From Octopus vulgaris (lineage: Eukaryota), in contig OX597823.1 in the NCBI GenBank assembly GCA_951406725.2, positions 71,610,001-71,674,000 on the forward strand: a stretch of 64,000 nucleotides of DNA, read 5' to 3'. The position numbers and the translations under genes were made by a program. Each line of letters starts with the position of its first letter. Positions within the stretch are counted from its first letter, which is position 1. A model generated the notes under the pieces. That model ran no database searches. It was not told the DNA's origin and saw nothing but the letters and a program-made list of their open reading frames with translations. This document shows positions 62,401 to 64,000 of the stretch, piece after piece.

Positions 62401-63309
62401 GAATGGCCTTGCTCATATTTTCAAAGACAGTTACTTATTTCTGTCAGTTTGTTTTACCAAACCGAAAAGTTACAGAGATGGGCTTCCATGGTTTCTGTCC
62501 ATCAAATTCACTCACGAGGCAATTGGTCAGCCTGGGGCTAGAGTACAAGTTACTTGCCTGAGATGCTGCACACAGTGGGACTGAACCTGAAGTCACATGG
62601 TTGCAAAGAAAGCTTCTTAACCACACAGCCATGTCTGTACCGATTTATTATTATTGTTTTATTGCATTATTTTTGTTTATCTTTTTCTGTTAACCAGTCT
62701 TGAATTCTGTTGTGTCTGGGGAGAGTCATTTTCTTTTTGTGCCTTATAATGTTACACACTCACCGGTAAAATTTCCACTTTTTTTTCCTTACTAGTCAAG
62801 GCTATTGAAAAGGTTGCAAGATGCAACGAAAATTTTTAGGAAAATAAAAGTAAGAAAAAAAAGTGGAAATTTTACTGATGAGTGTGTTATATTATAAGGC
62901 ACAAAAAGAAAATGACTCTCCCCAGACACAACAGAATATGCTTCAACACACGAACTCATATAAAGAATCTTGCAAACCAAATCCAAAAACGAAACAGTCT
63001 TGAATTGATTGGAAAAAAATTTATAATGTCACTTCACCAAATTGTTTTGTTCTTTTCCCTTCTTTTTAATGTGTTCTGAACTCTTTGTTGATATTGTGTG
63101 CAGGTCTAAGTAAATTGGTGGAAGCTTCAGAAGCAGTCAACGAACTCTCATTGGAACTTGTTGAGAAAGAAAAAGAACTTGAAATTGCTTCCCAAGAAGC
63201 GGACGTAGTCTTAAAGGAAGTTACCATAAAAGCCCAAGCAGCCGAAAAGGTTAAACGTCAAGTACAAGCAGTGAAGGACAAAGCCCAGGCTATTGTGGAT
63301 CTTATATCA
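3871..63309 (+). CDS. DNAH5: Axonemal dynein heavy chain, DNAH5/DNAH8 family (outer-arm gamma type); partial, 16 exons, 821 codons
   Basis: 16 exons with AG/GT boundaries and compatible phases join into one open frame (2463 nt). Motifs: AAA3 Walker A GEQGTAKT, Walker [44 protein letters not shown]4 Walker [18 protein letters not shown], stalk coiled coil. DNAH5 vs DNAH8 orthology cannot be resolved by eye. Confidence 0.95.
4075..5105. repeat. Compound (CATA)n/(CA)n/(CATG) microsatellite with higher-order periodicity
   Basis: Direct reading; explains the six ~270-360 aa low-complexity ORFs at 4043-5153. Confidence 0.95.
5703..6117 (+). mobile_element. tRNA-derived SINE, family B (internal TA/TG microsatellite), full length
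   Basis: Head aggcgcaggagtggctatgtggtaag (A box) and gggttcagtccc (B box); CORE-like cttgggcaagt; tail cagcatggccacagtcaaatgactgaaac-(aaaagagt)n; tail-only copy at 6181-6262. Confidence 0.8.
6663..7056 (-). mobile_element. SINE family B, full length
   Basis: Reverse complement of 5703-6117; decayed partial + copy at ~6510-6660. Confidence 0.8.
7397..7710 (-). mobile_element. AT-rich PLE/retrozyme-like remnant with hammerhead-like motif (7588-7692)
   Basis: Minus strand: CTGAAGA-t-tgactataat-(long AT loop)-attgtagcca-t-GAAA-CGTACG-TA; next to (TA)n. Confidence 0.5.
7836..7952 (+). CDS. DNAH5: Dynein HC exon 2
   Basis: tttag|CTT...AGG|gtaagt; [39 protein letters not shown]; 117 nt. Confidence 0.9.
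8430..9560 (+). mobile_element. 5'-truncated Penelope-like element: inverted pLTR, GIY-YIG endonuclease remnant, pLTR
   Basis: ORF 8615-9061 contains [28 protein letters not shown] and continues past a stop as [21 protein letters not shown]. 8430-8718 is an inverted copy of 9300-9560. Confidence 0.85.
10572..10772 (-). mobile_element. tRNA-derived SINE family C
   Basis: rc of gagctggcagaatcgttagc..aaatgcttagc..ttctgagttcaaattcc..ggggtcgataaattaagtaccag; tail variant ..aaatttcaggccttg. Confidence 0.75.
10820..11650 (+). mobile_element. Internally deleted mariner element
   Basis: TA flanks (10818-19, 11651-52); TIR caaggtggtatcaaaaggttcctgaattagtt / aactagttcgggaaccttttgatactacctcg; remnants [27 protein letters not shown]. 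An isolated ~120 bp piece of the same family lies at 12586-12703. Confidence 0.85.
11752..12096 (+). mobile_element. tRNA-derived SINE family D, full length with 15 bp TSD
   Basis: A box tggctcagtgg, B box gctcgaatcc; TSD ttttgttgatgtttg at 11737-11751 and 12097-12111. Confidence 0.85.
12181..12321 (+). CDS. DNAH5: Dynein HC exon 3 (start of AAA3)
   Basis: gatag|ATA...CAG|gtaag; [47 protein letters not shown]; 141 nt. Confidence 0.95.
12860..14207 (-). mobile_element. Decayed maT-type (DD37D) Tc1/mariner transposon
   Basis: [31 protein letters not shown], with 37 residues between the last two D after removing one frameshift base. One end cagagtgtggacaatatttgaggaca plus TA at 14208-09; left end approximate. 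RTE 3' end inserted at 13821-14092. Confidence 0.8.
13821..14092 (-). mobile_element. RTE LINE 3' end nested in the maT element
   Basis: (cat)n-cgtttaacgtccgctttccatgctagcatgggttggacg... Confidence 0.8.
14570..15000 (-). mobile_element. Mariner transposase N-terminal remnant
   Basis: Minus-strand translation [58 protein letters not shown] (degenerate WVPHEL); boundaries approximate. Confidence 0.65.
15238..15622 (-). mobile_element. Retrozyme-like non-coding unit (360 bp period, terminal direct repeat) in (TA)n
   Basis: tataacataagagggatcagccatc at 15238-15262 and 15598-15622; hammerhead-like fold at 15415-15457; homologous blocks with 31149-31790. Confidence 0.7.
15415..15457 (-). ncRNA. 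Type I minimal hammerhead ribozyme motif (degenerate core)
   Basis: catacg-TTGACAA(for CUGANGA)-gagg-cagtaa-cctc-GAAA-ccgG-TC-cgtgtg; stems I and II pair; stem III palindrome ACCGGT. Confidence 0.6.
16815..17327 (+). mobile_element. RTE LINE 3' portion (ORF C-terminus plus 3' UTR)
   Basis: [18 protein letters not shown] remnant, then gtggttggcgttaggaagggcat..gtccaacccatgcc..(gat)n. Confidence 0.7.
18452..18562 (+). CDS. DNAH5: Dynein HC exon 4 (rest of AAA3 P-loop)
   Basis: ctcag|GGA...CAA|gtaagc; [37 protein letters not shown]; 111 nt. Confidence 0.95.
21150..21272 (+). CDS. DNAH5: Dynein HC exon 5 (AAA3 Walker B)
   Basis: ttcag|CGT...CAG|gtaat; [41 protein letters not shown]; 123 nt. Confidence 0.96.
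22557..22787 (+). mobile_element. SINE family C
   Basis: aggcgagctggcagaaacgttagc..gagttcaaattcc..gtcccctctatgttt..gtgggtagtaaagaaata. Confidence 0.8.
23110..24228 (-). mobile_element. SINE family B split by insertions into its internal microsatellite
   Basis: 3' half 23110-23440 and 5' half 24066-24228; in between are an RTE 3' end (23608-23797) and a hammerhead-bearing element (23843-24060). Confidence 0.75.
23843..24060 (-). mobile_element. Short PLE pLTR/retrozyme-like element with minimal hammerhead (23943-23977)
   Basis: Minus strand gttt-CCGACGA-agtgc-tcc-gctc-GAAA-cgTT-aaac; in (TA)n; second copy at 38778-39000. Confidence 0.65.
24455..24616 (+). mobile_element. RTE LINE 3' end
   Basis: gagtggttggcgttaggaagggcatccagc..ggacgttaaacgacgatgatgatg. 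Confidence 0.8.
24872..25262 (+). mobile_element. Non-autonomous Helitron-like element
   Basis: A|TC start (tctctatatatataaag), subterminal hairpin cctgagcaatgctggg, CTAG|T end, no TSD. Confidence 0.75.
26600..26981. repeat. ~180 bp-arm inverted repeat (foldback) of a PLE-like end with a hammerhead motif in each arm
   Basis: 26600-26780 is the near-perfect inverse of 26800-26981; adjacent to (TA)n at 26516-26551. Confidence 0.85.
27110..27357. repeat. Tandem duplication of ~130 bp
   Basis: aagggaa.tattttgct...aaaatcctcag..gacttgacatacc..taccagctaatttaggaccttatatttt occurs twice (about 27110 and 27242). Confidence 0.85.
28213..28455 (+). CDS. DNAH5: Dynein HC exon 6
   Basis: tatag|GTC...AAG|gtacag; [81 protein letters not shown]; 243 nt. 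Confidence 0.96.
28603..28823. mobile_element. piggyBac-like MITE
   Basis: TTAA flanks; TIR cccttttgttac / gtaacaaaaggg; second copy at 34324-34543. Confidence 0.8.
28952..29810 (-). mobile_element. RTE LINE remnant (RT C-terminus, 3' UTR, tail)
   Basis: [36 protein letters not shown], then GRGRPGR remnant, continuing into the same 3' UTR as the short (GAT)n-tailed repeats. Confidence 0.8.
31149..31790 (+). mobile_element. Retrozyme-like element: inverted partial unit plus a 352 bp terminally redundant unit, in (TA)n
   Basis: 31149-31394 is an inverted copy; catccac.cttagggg..tgcgtcac repeats at 31391 and 31743 (period 352); (TA)n on both sides; no credible ORF. Confidence 0.75.
31582..31626 (+). 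ncRNA. Type I minimal hammerhead ribozyme motif (one core substitution)
   Basis: cacacg-CTGGTGA-t-aggt-aaac-acct-t-GAAA-ctcgaG-TC-cgtgtg; perfect 6 bp stem I; stem III palindrome ACTCGAGT; predicted cleavage after 31620. Confidence 0.7.
33581..33733 (+). CDS. DNAH5: Dynein HC exon 7
   Basis: tgtag|GAA...CAG|gtttgt; [51 protein letters not shown]; 153 nt. Confidence 0.96.
33983..34165 (-). mobile_element. SINE family C (internally deleted)
   Basis: aggaaatattg repeated on both sides (probable TSD); tail variant ..ggccttgtgtcaaattttgaaacc. Confidence 0.7.
34324..34543. mobile_element. piggyBac-like MITE (same family as 28603-28823)
   Basis: TTGA/TTAA flanks; same TIR and body. Confidence 0.8.
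35128..35543 (-). mobile_element. SINE family B, full length
   Basis: Matches 6663-7056. Confidence 0.8.
35864..36004 (+). CDS. DNAH5: Dynein HC exon 8
   Basis: ttcag|GGT...GAG|gtaata; [47 protein letters not shown]; 141 nt. Confidence 0.94.
37190..38250 (+). mobile_element. Old pyrimidine-rich PLE 3' UTR/pLTR-like remnant with hammerhead-like motif
   Basis: C/T-rich low-complexity tract, then CTGATGA (37973-79) and cccca-GAAA-CAGCTG-TC (38078-89). Confidence 0.4.
38505..38752 (+). mobile_element. RTE LINE 3' end
   Basis: Internal repeat gtgccagtggcacgtaaaaagcacc x2, conserved 3' UTR, (gat)n tail. Confidence 0.8.
38778..39000 (+). mobile_element. Second copy of the 23843-24060 hammerhead-bearing element, in (TA)n
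   Basis: attt-CTGATGA(38874-80)-agagc-tct-gctc-AAAA-cgTG-aaat; (TA)n on both sides. Confidence 0.65.
39114..39965 (+). mobile_element. Internally deleted mariner (DD34D)
   Basis: TIR ttggatcatcccataaatgatgc / gcattattcatgggatgacccag; [22 protein letters not shown]. Confidence 0.85.
40338..40505 (-). mobile_element. SINE family C (5'-truncated)
   Basis: aaggcaaagttgacct.ggcggaatttgaactcagaacg; follows a piggyBac-like MITE fragment starting ~40205. Confidence 0.7.
40648..40827 (+). mobile_element. RTE LINE 3' end, ~55 bp upstream of exon 9
   Basis: Conserved 3' UTR and (gat)n tail. Confidence 0.8.
40882..40975 (+). CDS. DNAH5: Dynein HC exon 9
   Basis: attag|GTG...ACA G|gtatgt; [31 protein letters not shown](G); 94 nt, ends phase 1. 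Confidence 0.92.
41701..41962 (+). mobile_element. tRNA-derived SINE family E, full length with 13 bp TSD
   Basis: A box tggcttagtgg, B box gtttcgattcc; TSD attatatgaccat at 41688-41700 and 41963-41975; related copy on the minus strand at 60755-61020. Confidence 0.85.
42043..42607 (-). mobile_element. Deletion derivative of the mariner at 47344-48483
   Basis: Same TIR ttgggttgtcc(a/g)gaaagtt and same ends; most of the ORF is missing. Confidence 0.85.
43360..43508 (+). CDS. DNAH5: Dynein HC exon 10
   Basis: tgcag|GG GAT...AAG|gtgatt; (G)[49 protein letters not shown]; 149 nt. Confidence 0.94.
43790..44194 (-). mobile_element. SINE family B
   Basis: Matches 6663-7056. Confidence 0.8.
44520..44790 (+). 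mobile_element. RTE LINE 3' end
   Basis: aaaagcacc repeats plus conserved 3' UTR; followed by a decayed tRNA-headed SINE at ~44797-45090. Confidence 0.7.
45107..45870. mobile_element. MITE with ~70+ bp TIRs, SINE C inserted at 45563-45797
   Basis: atggcataactacagatttctgc.cc.ccgactttggatgatcata.ctttcagaaaa and its inverse at 45805-45870; superfamily not assigned. Confidence 0.75.
46070..46270 (-). mobile_element. Probable R4/Dong-like non-LTR retrotransposon C-terminal remnant
   Basis: [18 protein letters not shown] resembles the LQKxxLLGTAxILRxxL C-terminus of restriction-like-endonuclease LINEs (from recall). Confidence 0.45.
47344..48483 (-). mobile_element. Mariner (DD34D), near full length, pseudogenised
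   Basis: TA flanks and 28-30 bp TIRs; [10 protein letters not shown]; [22 protein letters not shown] with 34 residues between the Ds; segment with the first catalytic D is deleted. Confidence 0.9.
49000..50200 (-). mobile_element. Decayed Chapaev3-like (CMC) DNA transposon
   Basis: [21 protein letters not shown] and [48 protein letters not shown]; boundaries approximate. Confidence 0.7.
50221..50440 (+). mobile_element. SINE family C (decayed)
   Basis: aaggtggcaagttggcagaattgttagc..aaatgcttagc..gtaccagttg. Confidence 0.6.
50800..51209 (+). mobile_element. Non-autonomous Helitron-like element
   Basis: A|TCTATAATATAAA start; hairpin ccaggtgaagccggg, then CTAG|T. Confidence 0.6.
51722..51912 (-). 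mobile_element. SINE family C with 16 bp TSD
   Basis: tactacaaagaatatt at 51706-51721 and 51913-51928. Confidence 0.8.
52395..52812 (+). mobile_element. SINE family B, inside a decayed piggyBac-like MITE (~52290-52937)
   Basis: Matches 5703-6117. Confidence 0.8.
52964..53118 (+). CDS. DNAH5: Dynein HC exon 11 (AAA4 P-loop)
   Basis: aacag|GAT...ACC AG|gtaaga; [51 protein letters not shown](R); 155 nt. Confidence 0.96.
53558..53943 (+). mobile_element. tRNA-derived SINE family F, full length with 12 bp TSD
   Basis: A box tggcccagtgg, degenerate B box gttttgattcc, (caa)-type tail; TSD atatctatccat at 53546-53557 and 53944-53955. Confidence 0.8.
54668..54821 (+). CDS. DNAH5: Dynein HC exon 12
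   Basis: gatag|A TCA...GAA|gtaagt; (R)[51 protein letters not shown]; 154 nt. Confidence 0.96.
54896..55100. mobile_element. piggyBac-like MITE (second family)
   Basis: TTAA flanks; TIR ccatttagcatt / aatgttaatggg. Confidence 0.7.
55536..55700 (+). CDS. DNAH5: Dynein HC exon 13
   Basis: ttcag|GTT...CCA|gtaggt; [55 protein letters not shown]; 165 nt. Confidence 0.96.
56275..56473 (+). mobile_element. RTE LINE 3' end
   Basis: Conserved 3' UTR and (gat)n tail. Confidence 0.8.
57105..57380 (+). mobile_element. SINE family C with 12 bp TSD and internal duplication
   Basis: aaaactgagtta at 57093-57104 and 57381-57392. Confidence 0.8.
57874..58062 (+). CDS. DNAH5: Dynein HC exon 14
   Basis: ttcag|GTT...CAG|gttagt; [63 protein letters not shown]; 189 nt. 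Confidence 0.96.
58105..58530 (-). mobile_element. SINE family B, ~45 bp downstream of the exon 14 donor
   Basis: Matches 6663-7056. Confidence 0.8.
58988..59144 (+). CDS. DNAH5: Dynein HC exon 15
   Basis: ttcag|GAT...ACA G|gtacag; [52 protein letters not shown](G); 157 nt. Confidence 0.95.
60399..60640 (-). mobile_element. Decayed RTE LINE 3' end with (cat)/(cac) tail
   Basis: catgggttggac..ggatacccttcctt; another decayed copy at ~59795-60020. Confidence 0.6.
60755..61020 (-). mobile_element. tRNA-derived SINE, family E related
   Basis: rc gtggaggcacatggcttagtggttagg..agcaaaacacttcatttcac..cactcagctggc. Confidence 0.7.
61848..62073 (-). mobile_element. SINE family C, full length
   Basis: Reverse complement of 22557-22787. 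Confidence 0.8.
62082..62260. repeat. Near-perfect (TATG)n microsatellite
   Basis: About 42 uninterrupted units, then (CATG)n. Confidence 0.95.
62705..62937. repeat. Inverted repeat, ~88 bp arms with ~56 bp spacer
   Basis: ttctgttgtgtctggggagagtcattttctttttgtgccttataat..aaaatttccacttttttt and its inverse at 62849-62937. Confidence 0.85.
63104..63309 (+). CDS. DNAH5: Dynein HC exon 16 (stalk coiled coil CC1)
   Basis: tgcag|GT CTA...TCA|gtaaga; (G)[68 protein letters not shown]; 206 nt. Confidence 0.95.
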
Positions 63310-63630
63310 GTAAGATTACTTGATAACTTAATCATAGACCCTTCCATGTGATCACCTGATTTACTTAATGTGACTAACGAAAGTTTTCAAAATTGATTAC
63401 GATCTTTGAAAGGGCTGTTTGTACAATTGATCTTAGAATTTTCATCTAAGCTTTGACTCTCATAATTCCTTAATCACCAATATTATTCCTATATCACTGT
63501 CTAAAAGTTATTCACAAACTAGTCTACTATATCTCATTCTTAGTGTTTTGCAGCCTGCTTAAGAGAATTTATTATTATCATTATTATTATTATTATTATT
63601 ATCATTATTATTATTATTATTATTATTATT

Positions 63631-63845
63631 AAGGTGGTGAGCTGATGGAATTATCAACATGCTGGACGAAATGCTTAGTGGTATTTCGTTATGTTCTGAG
63701 TTCAAATTCTACTGAGGTCGACTTTGCCTTTCATCCTTGGGGGGGGGGGTCAATAAATTAAGTACCAGTGAAATACTGGGGGTTGATGTAATCAACTAGT
63801 CCCCTCCCCCAAAATTTCAGGCCTTGTGCTTATTGCAGGAAGGAC
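63631..63845 (+). mobile_element. SINE family C next to an (ATT)n tract
   Basis: aaggtggtgagctga..aaatgcttag..gagttcaaattc..aaaatttcaggccttgtg. Confidence 0.75.
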
Positions 63846-63864
63846 CACCACCGCCGCCGCCGCC

Positions 63865-63895
<31 letters not shown>

Positions 63896-64000
63896 TCTTA
63901 TGCTATACTGCTCATCAGGTCAATTGTGGACACTTTCAGTAGCATATAAGTTTTTTCTTCAAGACAAGATTACTAAGCCCTTTCAAAAGAAAGAAATACT

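Noticed and set aside
62876-62915. CTGATGA-gtg..cac-AAAA as another hammerhead
   Set aside because: No palindromic stem III or cleavage triplet, and the other arm reads CCGGTGA; likely chance.

Overview
AT-rich, microsatellite- and transposon-dense eukaryotic DNA. The repeat set (tRNA-headed SINEs, RTE 3' ends with (GAT)n tails, (TA)n/(CATA)n tracts) resembles octopus/cephalopod DNA; this is inference. The window lies inside one + strand gene, an axonemal outer-arm dynein heavy chain of the DNAH5/DNAH8 (gamma-type) family. I read 16 GT-AG exons between 3871 and 63309 that join into one frame of 2463 nt (821 codons), covering the end of AAA2, AAA3, AAA4 and the start of the stalk coiled coil. 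The gene continues beyond both ends. Introns contain decayed Tc1 (DD34E, IR/DR), mariner (DD34D), maT (DD37D) and Chapaev3-like transposons, piggyBac-like and other MITEs, two Helitron-like elements, RTE LINE remnants, several SINE families and Penelope-like elements (PLEs). The most notable signal is a set of minimal type I hammerhead-ribozyme motifs (CUGANGA-stem II-GAAA-palindromic stem III) at about nine intronic loci from several families. Two are related ~352-360 bp non-coding, terminally redundant, (TA)n-embedded retrozyme-like units whose stems co-vary. One PLE carries both a tRNA-derived (Pol III) head and a hammerhead in its pseudo-LTR. Almost every copy has a core substitution or a weak stem, so activity is unproven. 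Exon coordinates were read base by base; repeat boundaries are approximate unless TIRs or TSDs are cited.
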